Of a stretch of DNA of 62,599 nt, positions 9,174 through 18,554 are shown one piece after another. Under the pieces are notes generated by a model, which was not told the origin of the DNA, made no database searches, and was given only the letters and a program-made list of their open reading frames with translations. The DNA is from Candidatus Poribacteria bacterium (lineage in GTDB: Bacteria > Poribacteria > WGA-4E > WGA-3G), in contig PYJE01000200.1 in assembly GCA_003635305.1 (NCBI GenBank), positions 27,171-89,769 of the forward strand, read 5' to 3'. Numbering within the stretch: position 1 is the first letter of the stretch; every line of letters begins with the position of its first letter. The position numbers and the translations under genes are program-made.

Positions 9174-12100
9174 TTGTTCACCACTTCGTCTAGATTCAGA
9201 ATCAGGTTCGCAATCAGTGTCCATGCGGCGACTTCAACTGCGTCTAAAGTCTCATCGGATGCCGATTCCCCGACTTGGACGAGTTCCGTTGCCGCCTCTG
9301 GATTAGCTGCAAGTTCTTCCGTTTGCGCTTCCAACGTCGCGAGGAGCAGTGCCGCTTCATCTGACTTTGGCAGCCTAGCTGTGGCTATCTCAAAGGCATA
9401 AGCGATGCGCGCCTGTGATGTCGTTCCGCCTTCGTTGAGGATGCGTTCGGCAAAGGCACGCGCAGCCTCAAAATACTGCGGGTCATTCATCAACATTAAC
9501 GCCTGCATCGGCGTATTAGTTCGTTCGCGTCTGACTGTGCAGGATTCGCGCGAAGGCGCGTCCAAGATGTTCATCTGTGGCGGCGGCGAGGTGCGCTTCC
9601 AGAACGTATAGAGACTCCGGCGATGCACTTTATCAGGGCCCGTATCTTGGACAAACTTGTCGGTATTAGAGCCCGTAAACCCAACGGCGGCCCAAAGCCC
9701 ATCGGGTTGTGGTGGTTTGACACTCGGCCCGCCGATATAGGTATACAACAAACCACTAACAGCGAGGGCGTTATCGCGCAAGGTCTCCGCATCAAGGCGG
9801 AACCGCGGGCCACGGGAAAGAAGGCGGTTATCCGCATCCAATTCCAATTTTCTCGCCGTTATCTGCGCGCTCTGCCGATAAGTCGCGGAAGTCAGCATCA
9901 ACTTCAGCATCTGCTGGACATCCCACCCGGAGGCGATGAATTCGGTGGCGAGCCAATCCAGTAGTTCCGGATGCACCGGCGGTATGCCTTGCGTGCCAAA
10001 GTCCTCGGCGGTTTTCACGATGCCCGTGCCGAACAGGTTCTGCCAGAACCGGTTAATCGTCACTCGCGCCGTGAGCGGATGCTCCGGTGAAAGCAGCCAT
10101 TTGGCGAGGGATAGACGATTCGGCGCAGCATCGGCCGCCATCGGCGGCAGTGCTGCAGGCGTTTGCGGATACACCTGTTCGCCGCGGCGTTCATACTCAC
10201 CACGCTCCAAAACATAAGCACCGCGCGGCTCTGTCCGCTCTTGCATGACAAGCGTCGTCGTCAGAGAAGCGTCCAGCGTATTCCGTTTTTGTCGCACCTC
10301 GGCCAACTCAGCAAAGAGTGCCTTCAAGTCGGCATCCTGCGTGACGTTCCCTCGGTAATAGTCGCGAATCTGTGCTTGCGGTGCTTCTTCACGTTCGCCG
10401 CGGGAAGTCGCCGCGATGTCCACAATGTCCGCCGGCACCAGCGGCACATCGGTTTCAATGCGGAAGTAGAAACCGGAAGGACCGGAATAGTTGACAACCT
10501 TGAGGAGTAAGGCGTTGTTACCGGGGTTAAGCTGCACCTGAAGTTGCTCCTGCTCTGCCGCTGCATCGCGCTGGACGTTTTTGGCGAAAATCTCCGTGTC
10601 GTTCATCCAGACTTTCAGCGCATCGCCGCTGCCGATATGCAAAAGTGCCTTCTGCCGCGTGGCAGAATTGATGTTCCGATGGAGATAGGTAGCACTGTTT
10701 TCGCCCACGATGTCGTTATGCACCTGCGCATCAATCCAATGCGTTTGCTGTGCCCACTTCAAGGTTTTGCCGCCGAAGGTGAACTCATCGCCTGTTTTGA
10801 CAGGTTTTGTCTCCGGTTCGTAAACTTGATAAAAGGCGAGATTGCCATGCGCAGCGGTGAAAGGGCCGACAGAATGCCAATTCCCTAATGTCATTTTGGA
10901 GCCTACTGGGTAAATCGTCGGCGCGTCTGTAACTGCAAGCCGGAACCGGCCGAACTGTTTGTGCCTCAAGTCATACTCATGCTTAAGGCGAATCTTCAAT
11001 GCGCCGCCTTCACTCCCGAAGGGTGTTGCGACGAGGAAGATTGCCTGCCGATTCTCCTGTCGTCTGTCCAGGGCCCATCCCGTTTCCGGTTTATCGTCAA
11101 TTGCATTTGCGACGACAAAGTCCCCGCCGGCCTGCTCGTGGTCTGCCCAGGAACGCACTATCGGAATCGGTGTCCACACTTCTGCGTCAGCCGCCGTGGC
11201 GATTTCCAATGAGAAATCGGTGAGGACGACGTTGCTATTATTGCTTCTGCCAACACCACCTTTCGGCAGAGATTTGTGCTTAATGCCTTCCAACCGAACG
11301 GCACTCCATTGGTTTCCGGCAGGCAGTTCCGCAACGATTTCATAAGTCTCCTGTTCCGGGTTCGTGCCGCTGGCGAGGATAGAATTATCCTCAAGCAGTT
11401 CCAACGTCGCGCCGCCTTTTGAGTGCATCTCGGTAGGTTTCAGGAGCGTCCAGCGCGGCATCCTGTTTTCCCAAGCGATTTGCGTTGCATCGACTCCGGG
11501 GATAGGTGCCTTCGTCTGGGCATCCAATTCACCGATTTGCGCGTCAAACGCGGCGAGTTCTGCTTCCTGTTCCGGTGTCGGCAATTTCACGACAGGCGGC
11601 GAATCCTTGCGGTTGCCATCCATCGCTTTTTCGGTGATGTTGTTGAAATACGCGTAGAGTTGATAAAACTCCTTCTGCGTAATCGCGTCATACTTGTGGT
11701 CATGGCATTGTGCGCATCCGACAGTTAACCCCATCCAGACGGTGCCAGTCGTATTCGCCCTGTCTACGGCGTATCGGACATAGTATTCCTCGTCAATGGA
11801 ACCCCCTTCGCTCGTCGTCACGTGGCATCGGTTGAAGCCGGTGGCGATGCGCTGTTCAAGCGTCGGTTCAGGCAGCAAATCCCCGGCGAGTTGCTCAATC
11901 GTAAACCGATCGAACGGCATATTGGCGTTGAAGGCATCGATTACCCAGTCTCGATAGGGCCACATTTCGCGGTAGTTATCCAGATGCAGTCCGTGCGTAT
12001 CGCCATAGCGCGCCGCATCGAGCCAGAACCGTGCGACATGTTCGCCGTATTCAGGCTTCGCCATGAAGGCATCGATGAGTTTCTCATAAGCGTCGGGAGA

Positions 12101-12730
12101 ATCGTCTGCGAGGAACTGATGCACCTCTTCGCGCGTCGGCGGTAAACCGGTTAGATCGAAGCTGAGCCGTCGGATGAGCGTCCGCTTGTCAGCTTCTTGC
12201 GCGGGCGTTAATCCCTCTGCTTCCAGTCGCGCGAGGATAAACGCGTCGACAGGGTTACGCACCCAGTCGCCGTTTTTAACAGTTGGCGGCGTTGGACGCG
12301 TCGGTGTGGTGAATGCCCAGTGTTCCTCCCACGTCGCGCCATCGCGTATCCACTGCGCGAGCATCTCCACCTGCGTCGGCGTGAGCGTCTTATTGAAATC
12401 CGCCGGCGGCATGCGATAATTGTCATCGTCAGCGGTGATACGCCGATAGAGCTCACTCTCATCTGGGTTCCCGGGGACGATTATCGGATACCCACTCGGT
12501 TCAGAAAACGCGCCTGCTTTCGTATCCAGCCGCAGTTCCGCTTGCCGAGCCTTTTCGTCGGGCCCGTGACAAGCATAGCAGTTATCAGCGAGAATTGGAC
12601 GAATATCGAGGTTGTAATTCAGTTCCGTTTGCGCCGCTCGTCTGCCGGGTTCAGCGGATGCCATCGGTAAGATAGCGAGGCAGCATACCAACGCGAGTAG
12701 TAGTGGAACGGTGTTTTTAGCAATGTTCAC
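9170..12730 (-). CDS. PSD1-type protein: planctomycete cytochrome-c domain + DUF1549 + DUF1553
   Basis: CYACHGPDEKARQAELRLD heme-binding block, PVDAFILARLEAEGLTPA...LSFDLTGLPPT (DUF1549), and CAQCHDHKYDAITQKEFY (DUF1553). GTG start with an AGGAG RBS. Confidence 0.85.
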   Translation of the reverse strand: MNIAKNTVPLLLALVCCLAILPMASAEPGRRAAQTELNYNLDIRPILADNCYACHGPDEKARQAELRLDTKAGAFSEPSGYPIIVPGNPDESELYRRITADDDNYRMPPADFNKTLTPTQVEMLAQWIRDGATWEEHWAFTTPTRPTPPTVKNGDWVRNPVDAFILARLEAEGLTPAQEADKRTLIRRLSFDLTGLPPTREEVHQFLADDSPDAYEKLIDAFMAKPEYGEHVARFWLDAARYGDTHGLHLDNYREMWPYRDWVIDAFNANMPFDRFTIEQLAGDLLPEPTLEQRIATGFNRCHVTTSEGGSIDEEYYVRYAVDRANTTGTVWMGLTVGCAQCHDHKYDAITQKEFYQLYAYFNNITEKAMDGNRKDSPPVVKLPTPEQEAELAAFDAQIGELDAQTKAPIPGVDATQIAWENRMPRWTLLKPTEMHSKGGATLELLEDNSILASGTNPEQETYEIVAELPAGNQWSAVRLEGIKHKSLPKGGVGRSNNSNVVLTDFSLEIATAADAEVWTPIPIVRSWADHEQAGGDFVVANAIDDKPETGWALDRRQENRQAIFLVATPFGSEGGALKIRLKHEYDLRHKQFGRFRLAVTDAPTIYPVGSKMTLGNWHSVGPFTAAHGNLAFYQVYEPETKPVKTGDEFTFGGKTLKWAQQTHWIDAQVHNDIVGENSATYLHRNINSATRQKALLHIGSGDALKVWMNDTEIFAKNVQRDAAAEQEQLQVQLNPGNNALLLKVVNYSGPSGFYFRIETDVPLVPADIVDIAATSRGEREEAPQAQIRDYYRGNVTQDADLKALFAELAEVRQKRNTLDASLTTTLVMQERTEPRGAYVLERGEYERRGEQVYPQTPAALPPMAADAAPNRLSLAKWLLSPEHPLTARVTINRFWQNLFGTGIVKTAEDFGTQGIPPVHPELLDWLATEFIASGWDVQQMLKLMLTSATYRQSAQITARKLELDADNRLLSRGPRFRLDAETLRDNALAVSGLLYTYIGGPSVKPPQPDGLWAAVGFTGSNTDKFVQDTGPDKVHRRSLYTFWKRTSPPPQMNILDAPSRESCTVRRERTNTPMQALMLMNDPQYFEAARAFAERILNEGGTTSQARIAYAFEIATARLPKSDEAALLLATLEAQTEELAANPEAATELVQVGESASDETLDAVEVAAWTLIANLILNLDEVVNK

Positions 12731-12782
12731 GATAGCTATCTCCTATTTTCTCAATGAGCCAAACGTTTACGCGTAATTTTAC

Positions 12783-12812
12783 ATTTTACAAAAATGCTGA
12801 TTTTTTGTCAAA
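12783..12812 (-). promoter_or_regulatory. Sigma70-like promoter candidate (TTGACA-18 nt-TAAAAT) for the 9170-12730/7599-9089 operon
   Basis: Hexamers read on the minus strand, ~55 nt upstream of the GTG start. Confidence 0.4.
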
Positions 12813-12827
12813 CATTTTTTGTTGACA

Positions 12828-13595
12828 TTACTGTCCGTCGATTTTCTCAAAAACGATTTTCTCAAAAATGACAACGTGCTGCCACGGTAAATCGTCGTGT
12901 GTCTCCACCCAGACTAACGGATGCGGCGTTGCCTCCTTGATTACCTGCAGTTCACTCATCTTGTGCAGCGGCTTAATAGGCACGGTATCATCCTCGGCGC
13001 GGTATTCCACGAAAACGACGCGGCCTCCCGGTTTCAGCGCGCGACAGAGGTTTTCCATCATCTCATACGGATGCGAGAATTCATGATAGACATCTACCAT
13101 AATCGCCAAATCTACCGAATTCTCCGGTAGCCTCGGGTCTGTGATAGTGCCTAACACGCCTTTGACGTTCGTAATGCCAGCCGCTGTCATCTGTTCGGCG
13201 AGCAAATCCAGCATCTCCTGCTGAATATCAACCCCGTAGACGATACCTTCGTCCCCAATTTTCGGTGCGATGCGCCGGGCGATATACCCTGTGCCGACAC
13301 CGATATCGGCGACGACATCGCCCGGTTTAAGGTTCAGCAATTCAACGAGGCGGTTCGGCATCTCTTCGCGTTCGCGTTCCGGGCGTTCAAGCCATCCTGC
13401 GCCGAGGTGCCCCATCACTTGCGAGATTTCGCGTCCCATGTAGAATTTACCGATGCCGTCTCGGCTTGGGGCGCGCTGTTCATACCGCGTGCTTGCAGGA
13501 CGTTCAGAAGGCGCAGTCGCCGCAGAACTCAATAAAATAACCACGCCAGCAATGCCGGCGAGAAGATAAGGTTTCCTGAACATCGATTTCACCAC
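12828..13595 (-). CDS. Class I SAM-dependent methyltransferase with an N-terminal signal/anchor
   Basis: VVADIGVGTGYIARRIA (motif I) and AIMVDVYHEF. 255 aa. Overlaps the upstream gene by 7 nt, suggesting an operon. Confidence 0.75.
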   Translation of the reverse strand: MVKSMFRKPYLLAGIAGVVILLSSAATAPSERPASTRYEQRAPSRDGIGKFYMGREISQVMGHLGAGWLERPEREREEMPNRLVELLNLKPGDVVADIGVGTGYIARRIAPKIGDEGIVYGVDIQQEMLDLLAEQMTAAGITNVKGVLGTITDPRLPENSVDLAIMVDVYHEFSHPYEMMENLCRALKPGGRVVFVEYRAEDDTVPIKPLHKMSELQVIKEATPHPLVWVETHDDLPWQHVVIFEKIVFEKIDGQ

Positions 13596-14632
13596 CTTCC
13601 CAAGTAGAGCTCCCTATTTTCCATCGGGAGATGCACCCGCGCGCCGTTTTGACGTTGCGAGTCCACGATAGCAAACACCATCTCGGTGCTTTGATGCGCG
13701 AGATGGATGTTCCCCAGCGTCTCGGTATCTGTCTCAATTGCTTCAACGATGTCCTCGATGCAGCCGACGGTGCCGCTTTTCCGTTCAAAAGGCGGGAATT
13801 CGGCATCCAAAATTTCACTGAATTGTCCCTGCCGTTTGCGGAGTTGGAAACCGAGTCCGTTGTTGAGCGAACGCACGGTGCCTTCACTGCAATTCACCTC
13901 AAATTCATAAGCAGTGCCGGGGATGCTGATGCCGCGGATACCGTTCTGAAATTGGACAAATCCCATCACAATGCCCGGGTCTGCCTCGGTGCGGTTGTCG
14001 TCAAAATCGGCATCGTCAACGGCGACGTTTCCCTGCACGTAGTCAATCGGCGAATCGCTTGCCAGAAAAAGTAGCATATCGGCGGCGTGCGTATAACCCC
14101 AGAGTGCGGCTCCACCGGAATAGGCGATAACCGCGCGCCGTTCACCGAGTTGCCCACTCTCAAGAATCTCGCGCATCTTGAGATAGCCCGGCGTGAAGCG
14201 GCGTTGCGTGCCGAGGTTGAACTTGACGTTATGCTTCTCGCACACCGCCACCATCGCATCCGCCTCCGCCATCGAAGCACAGAGTGGCTTGTCGCAATAA
14301 ATGCCTTTCACGCCGTTTTCGGCGGCGAAGTGCGTAATCTCGGCGTGGTTTCCCGGGCGCGTGGCAATGCTGACAATATCCGGTTTCTCGCGTGCGAGCA
14401 TCTCGCGATAGTCCAGATAACGTTTGGGGATATCCCATTTATCACAGACATATCGCGCGTTTTCCTCCACTATATCAGCGGCGGCGACGATAGTTGTCCG
14501 CTCGCACGCGGTATAGCCCGCGGCGTGCGAGTAAGGCAAAGCACCGTGCGGCGTGGCGCGCACCTCTTCGTCAATAGTGCCGCCCATTCGGCCGCAGCCG
14601 ACAATGCAGACGCGGTATTTAGGGGTAGCCAT
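13589..14632 (-). CDS. Gfo/Idh/MocA family oxidoreductase
   Basis: YRVCIVGCGRMGG Rossmann motif and IYCDKPLCAS (EKP-type motif). 347 aa. Confidence 0.8.
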   Translation of the reverse strand: MATPKYRVCIVGCGRMGGTIDEEVRATPHGALPYSHAAGYTACERTTIVAAADIVEENARYVCDKWDIPKRYLDYREMLAREKPDIVSIATRPGNHAEITHFAAENGVKGIYCDKPLCASMAEADAMVAVCEKHNVKFNLGTQRRFTPGYLKMREILESGQLGERRAVIAYSGGAALWGYTHAADMLLFLASDSPIDYVQGNVAVDDADFDDNRTEADPGIVMGFVQFQNGIRGISIPGTAYEFEVNCSEGTVRSLNNGLGFQLRKRQGQFSEILDAEFPPFERKSGTVGCIEDIVEAIETDTETLGNIHLAHQSTEMVFAIVDSQRQNGARVHLPMENRELYLGRW

Positions 14633-14660
14633 CGGCTTTCCTCCCTGCGAAATGCGCCAG

Positions 14661-14918
14661 GCCGTCAGCGCGCTTACAAAGCGCGCCTACCGGCTCGTTC
14701 CGTCAGCGCGCTTGAAAAGCGCGCCTACCGGCGCGTTTGGATTCAAAGCGCGCCTACCGGTTTGTTCCGTCAGCGCGCTTGCAAAGCGCGCCTACCGGTT
14801 CGTTCTGTAAGCGCGCCTACCGGTTTGTTCCGTCAGCGCGCCTACCGGCTCGTTCCGTCAGCGCGCTTGAAAAGCGCGCCTACCGGTTCGTTCTGTAAGC
14901 GCGCCTACCGGCGCGTTT
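14661..14918. repeat. Dense array of ~8 GC-rich REP elements (GCGCGCTTnnAAGCGCGCCTACCGG family)
   Basis: GCGCGCCTACCGG recurs 8 times in ~260 bp. The intervening segments are related, not unique. Confidence 0.85.
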
Positions 14919-14923
14919 GGACA

Positions 14924-15766
14924 TCAGGCCTGTGTCAATGTCACGACATCTTGTTTCACAATTTCCTTCGTGTGTTGATACGCCGCGGTTTGCACCAATT
15001 CCTGAACTTCCGGTGATAACCGCTCGATAATCGCCTCCGGCAGACTCGGTTTGCCATCATATTGCGGACGATACCGCAAGATGAGGAAACGTCTATCCCT
15101 GTCCCTCGCTCTCCACAGCAAGACACCGTGTGTTAAGAGCTCGGAGATGACGACAAAATCGCCAGCCTTCGGCGTGATGTTGGTGAAGACATCATCAGGC
15201 TCCGGATCGATGTTATCGGGCCCGGGTGTGAGGAGTGCCTCCGGGCGTTCAAATTGACTCTTATGCGAACCCGGAATGACGATGAGCCCCCCATCGCCGG
15301 GGTGGACATCGGTAAGATAGAAGAAGGCGACGAAATCGTTGCAGTAAATGCGGCCGTCCTTAGTCTCATAACGCGTCATCCAGTGTCGCCCCTCGCGGGC
15401 GCAGTGCAGCCCGGCCGGATTCGTCCCCATCGGCTGTCTATCCGGATTGTGCTGTTCCAGCGTGAGTGTGCCGGTGACAAACCTCGGTTTGTCAAAGGTG
15501 AATTCCTTGACGAGGGGCCAGATAGCGGGATGCACCGTCATCGCCTCCAGTGCCCTGTCGAAAGCGAAGCCGTGTTCGTATCTACCCCCTTTGCCGGGTT
15601 CCAAGTCGCGCGGACGCGTCGTGAACCCCGCCGGCCTCTCGTCAATCGGTGTATGGATGTATCTGTCAACAGCCTCCTGTGCTTCCTTCAACGCGTCGCC
15701 GGTGACAGCGTTTTCGATGTGCAGGTAGCCTGTAACGTCAAACAGATAGCGTTGTTCAGGTGTCAT
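14924..15766 (-). CDS. Phytanoyl-CoA dioxygenase (PhyH) family Fe(II)/2OG oxygenase
   Basis: MTPEQRYLFDVTGYLHIENAV start. HxD-type site context (LHCAREGRHW... HPGDGGLIVIPGSH). 280 aa. Confidence 0.7.
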   Translation of the reverse strand: MTPEQRYLFDVTGYLHIENAVTGDALKEAQEAVDRYIHTPIDERPAGFTTRPRDLEPGKGGRYEHGFAFDRALEAMTVHPAIWPLVKEFTFDKPRFVTGTLTLEQHNPDRQPMGTNPAGLHCAREGRHWMTRYETKDGRIYCNDFVAFFYLTDVHPGDGGLIVIPGSHKSQFERPEALLTPGPDNIDPEPDDVFTNITPKAGDFVVISELLTHGVLLWRARDRDRRFLILRYRPQYDGKPSLPEAIIERLSPEVQELVQTAAYQHTKEIVKQDVVTLTQA

Positions 15767-15853
15767 AATCCGGTCTCCTCGCTTTTCCTTGTTTATTGCT
15801 AGAGAAAATTATATCATATTTTCATCAGTTTTGAAAGAAAAATAAATAGGATA

Positions 15854-15946
15854 CCCGGTAGGCGCGGTTGGAAACCGCGCCTACCAATGGGCGATGTGCA
15901 GGTGTGTGCAAACCCCGGTAGGCGCGGTTTAAAACCGCGCCTACCA
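15854..15946. repeat. Two REP hairpins (GGTAGGCGCGGTTnnAAACCGCGCCTACC family)
   Basis: cccggtaggcgcggttggaaaccgcgcctacc and ccccggtaggcgcggtttaaaaccgcgcctacc. Confidence 0.9.
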
Positions 15947-15980
15947 GTGGAGAATTAACAAATCTTGGAGAAACGCTATC

Positions 15981-17150
15981 GTGTCATATCTATCTGACGA
16001 TTGGTTAAAAACAGAATACGCAGCCCTTAAACAGGCAGGTTTATCGCGGCACCTTCGCACCGTGATGAGCGCGCCGACTGGCAGAATTATCCTTGATGGA
16101 CGCGAAGTCATCAACCTTGCTTCCAACAACTATCTCGGTTTAAGCACGCACCCAAAAGTGCTTGATGCCGCGGTGGAGGCGACGCGCGCTTTTGGCACAG
16201 GCGCGAGCGGCTCTCGCCTTATTTCCGGTAACAGTGAACTTTACGCAACGCTGGAAGCCGCCCTCGCAAAGGCGAAAGGCACGGAGGCGGCTCTCGTCTT
16301 TAGTTCAGGTTACGCCGCCAATACCGGTGTCATCCCAGTGCTTGCCGGCGAACGCGCGCTGATTTTGAGCGACGCACTCAACCACGCCAGTATCATAGAC
16401 GGATGCCGGCTCAGCCGTGCGACGAAGAAGGTTTATCGGCACTGCGATGTCGCACATCTGAAAGCGTTGTTGGCGGAATCCGCAGGGTTTCAGCGACGGT
16501 TGATTATCACCGATGGCGTTTTCAGCATGGATGGCGATATCGCGCCGCTGCCCGATATTTGCGAAGTCGCGGCGCAACACGACGCGATGGTATTGGTAGA
16601 CGACGCGCACGGGTTCGGCGTTTTAGGCGAAAATGGCGGCGGCACCGTCGCGCACTTTGGATTACAACACCAAGGGATTATCCAGATGGGCACGCTCAGC
16701 AAGGCAATCGGGGGACTGGGCGGCTATATCGCAGGAAGCCGTGCCTTAATTGAATTGCTCATTAACCGTGCGCGCGGCTTCATCTTCACGACAGGGCTCC
16801 CTCCCGCGACATTAGCCGCTGCAACGGCTGCGCTCAATATCATGCGTTCCTCGCCAGAGTTGCGACAGCATCTGCTTTCACACGCGAAACGCCTCAAAAC
16901 GGCGTTGGTGGAATTAGGGTTTGATTTACTGCCGAGTGAAACGCAAATCTTGCCTGTGGTGCTTGGCAGTCCTCAGCGCGCGGTGCAAGTTGCAGAGACG
17001 TTGCTTTCGGCAGGCGTATTCGCTCCGGCGATTCGGCCGCCGGCTGTTCCATCGGGAACAAGTCGCTTGCGCGTTACGGTGATGGCATCGCACACCGATG
17101 AGGATATTGAGCAGGCGATTGATGCGTTTGCGCTTTGCGCGCAAATTTGA
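15981..17150 (+). CDS. bioF: 8-amino-7-oxononanoate synthase (alpha-oxoamine synthase family; KBL not excluded)
   Basis: INLASNNYLGLS, GSRLISGN, DDAHGFGVLG and GTLSKA (PLP lysine). 389 aa, GTG start. Confidence 0.7.
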   Translation: MSYLSDDWLKTEYAALKQAGLSRHLRTVMSAPTGRIILDGREVINLASNNYLGLSTHPKVLDAAVEATRAFGTGASGSRLISGNSELYATLEAALAKAKGTEAALVFSSGYAANTGVIPVLAGERALILSDALNHASIIDGCRLSRATKKVYRHCDVAHLKALLAESAGFQRRLIITDGVFSMDGDIAPLPDICEVAAQHDAMVLVDDAHGFGVLGENGGGTVAHFGLQHQGIIQMGTLSKAIGGLGGYIAGSRALIELLINRARGFIFTTGLPPATLAAATAALNIMRSSPELRQHLLSHAKRLKTALVELGFDLLPSETQILPVVLGSPQRAVQVAETLLSAGVFAPAIRPPAVPSGTSRLRVTVMASHTDEDIEQAIDAFALCAQI

Positions 17151-17159
17151 AATTTTCAT

Positions 17160-17189
17160 TTGACAACATTGCGCAATTAATGCTATTAT
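17160..17189 (+). promoter_or_regulatory. Promoter candidate TTGACA-18 nt-TATTAT upstream of the first TIR-like gene
   Basis: Read directly. The spacer shares gc..attaatgcta with the box at 17885-17914. Confidence 0.4.
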
Positions 17190-17300
17190 AGTTTTGAGGA
17201 AGGGCAGAAGTTCTGCTTCATGGAGATGAGGCTAAATGATGCCAGTCCCATAATTTTTTAGTAAGGAGTCTGCCTCTTTTCAGCAATTTGAGGCACTATC

Positions 17301-17756
17301 ATGAATGAAAAAGTGTTCATCGTCCATGGACAGGATGAAGCGGCAAAACTTGCTGTTGCTAGGTTCGTGGATAAAGTTGGCCCAAACTTGGAACCAGTCG
17401 TTCTTGACGAACAACCAAGTGAAGGCCGAACGATCATTCACAAGTTTAAAGAGCATGCCGCCGAGGCCTGCTTTGCGGTGGTTTTGCTGACACCCGACGA
17501 TGTTGGCGGACCGAAAGATAAACCAGACGAACGTAACCTGAGAGCTCGCCAAAACGTTGTCTTGGAACTCGGTTATTTCTTGTCGGAACTCGAACCTGAA
17601 CGAGTCTGTGTTCTCTATAAAGAAGGCGTTGAACTCCCCTCGGATATATATGGCTTAGTCTATGTCCCGATGGATAGGTTTGATGGTTGGCAACTGAAAC
17701 TAGCGAGGGAAATGAAGGCGGCGGGCCTCTCCATCGATCTCAACAGACTTTTTTAA
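17301..17756 (+). CDS. Stand-alone TIR-like nucleotide-binding domain protein (CAP12/PycTIR type, COG4271-like)
   Basis: VFIVHGQDEAAK...FAVVLLTPDDVG...RARQNVVLELGYF...RVCVLYKEGVELPSDIYG matches my recollection of the PF10137 block order. 151 aa, domain only. Confidence 0.75.
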   Translation: MNEKVFIVHGQDEAAKLAVARFVDKVGPNLEPVVLDEQPSEGRTIIHKFKEHAAEACFAVVLLTPDDVGGPKDKPDERNLRARQNVVLELGYFLSELEPERVCVLYKEGVELPSDIYGLVYVPMDRFDGWQLKLAREMKAAGLSIDLNRLF

Positions 17757-17860
17757 CTGGGGAGCGTCACAGTTCTGTTTGCGATCTGGCGATCACAAAC
17801 TACAGAGACTGGGGAGCGTCACAGTTCTGTTTGCGATCTGGCGAGCGCAAACTACAGAGG
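17757..17860. repeat. 2 x 52-bp tandem repeat, each unit carrying a CTGTTTGCGATC..GATC.CAAACTACAG REP hairpin
   Basis: ctggggagcgtcacagttctgtttgcgatctggcga(tca/gcg)caaactacagag occurs twice, starting right after the TAA stop. Confidence 0.9.
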
Positions 17861-17884
17861 TGGAAGACTTTTCTAACTTTTGAT

Positions 17885-17914
17885 TTGACACCGTTTGCGG
17901 ATTAATGCTAGAAT
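17885..17914 (+). promoter_or_regulatory. Promoter candidate TTGACA-18 nt-TAGAAT upstream of the second TIR-like gene
   Basis: Read directly. Homologous to the box at 17160-17189. Confidence 0.4.
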
Positions 17915-17984
17915 TGGTTCAGTGTTGTCTTTATTTTTCACTGGCGACCGCCGCGCTACATCAGCGTGGAAATGGAGAGAGAGT

Positions 17985-18542
17985 ATGAATGCGAAGAATC
18001 ACGATGTGGGAGCCGCTCTCACAACACCGCCCCCGCTGCTGGGCAGCAGCAAAGCCGCATCTCTGAAAAAACATCGACGCGGCTTCGGCAACGATGTGTT
18101 CATCATCCATGGGAATGACGAGACAGCGAAAACTACCGTCGCGCGGTTCGTGGATAAATTGGGCTTAAAGCCTACTATTTTTCACGAAGAACTTCACAAC
18201 GGACAGCCAGCCCCAGGGAAGTTCAAGCGACTCGCGAACGATGCGGATTTCGCTATCGTCTTGCTTACGGATGACGATGTCGGCGCAGAAAAAGATAAAC
18301 CCGCACAGGATTTGATGCCTAGAGCGCGCGAAGACGTTATCTTTGAACTCGGATATTTCTGGGGAGAACTCGGACATGAACGAGTCTGTGTCCTCTATAA
18401 GGAAGGCATTGAACTGCCATCGGGCATTCAAGAACTTGGCGTTCCGCTGGAGAACACCGAAGCCTGGCAGACGAGATTAACCCGAGAAATGGAACAGGCA
18501 GGCCTCCCTGTCAACTCGGATAAAGCCCGCGATAACCGATAA
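17985..18542 (+). CDS. TIR-like domain protein (CAP12/PycTIR type), paralogue of 17301-17756 with a ~40-aa basic N-terminal extension
   Basis: VFIIHGNDETAK...FAIVLLTDDDVG...RAREDVIFELGYF...RVCVLYKEGIELPSG. The start is moved from the track's 17895 to the ATG at 17985, which has a GGAGAGAGAG RBS and lies downstream of the promoter box. Confidence 0.7.
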   Translation: MNAKNHDVGAALTTPPPLLGSSKAASLKKHRRGFGNDVFIIHGNDETAKTTVARFVDKLGLKPTIFHEELHNGQPAPGKFKRLANDADFAIVLLTDDDVGAEKDKPAQDLMPRAREDVIFELGYFWGELGHERVCVLYKEGIELPSGIQELGVPLENTEAWQTRLTREMEQAGLPVNSDKARDNR

Positions 18543-18554
18543 AGGAGAATGGAA

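Noticed and set aside
14661-14918. Possible degenerate CRISPR or iteron array.
   Set aside because: The spacing is irregular (about 25-45 bp). The intervening segments are related to each other and to other REP flanks. There is no cas context.
14087-15016. 309-aa plus-strand ORF.
   Set aside because: It is antisense to the well-supported Gfo/Idh/MocA gene and then reads through the REP array. The repetitive (S/K)ARLP..SVSA translation is REP-derived.
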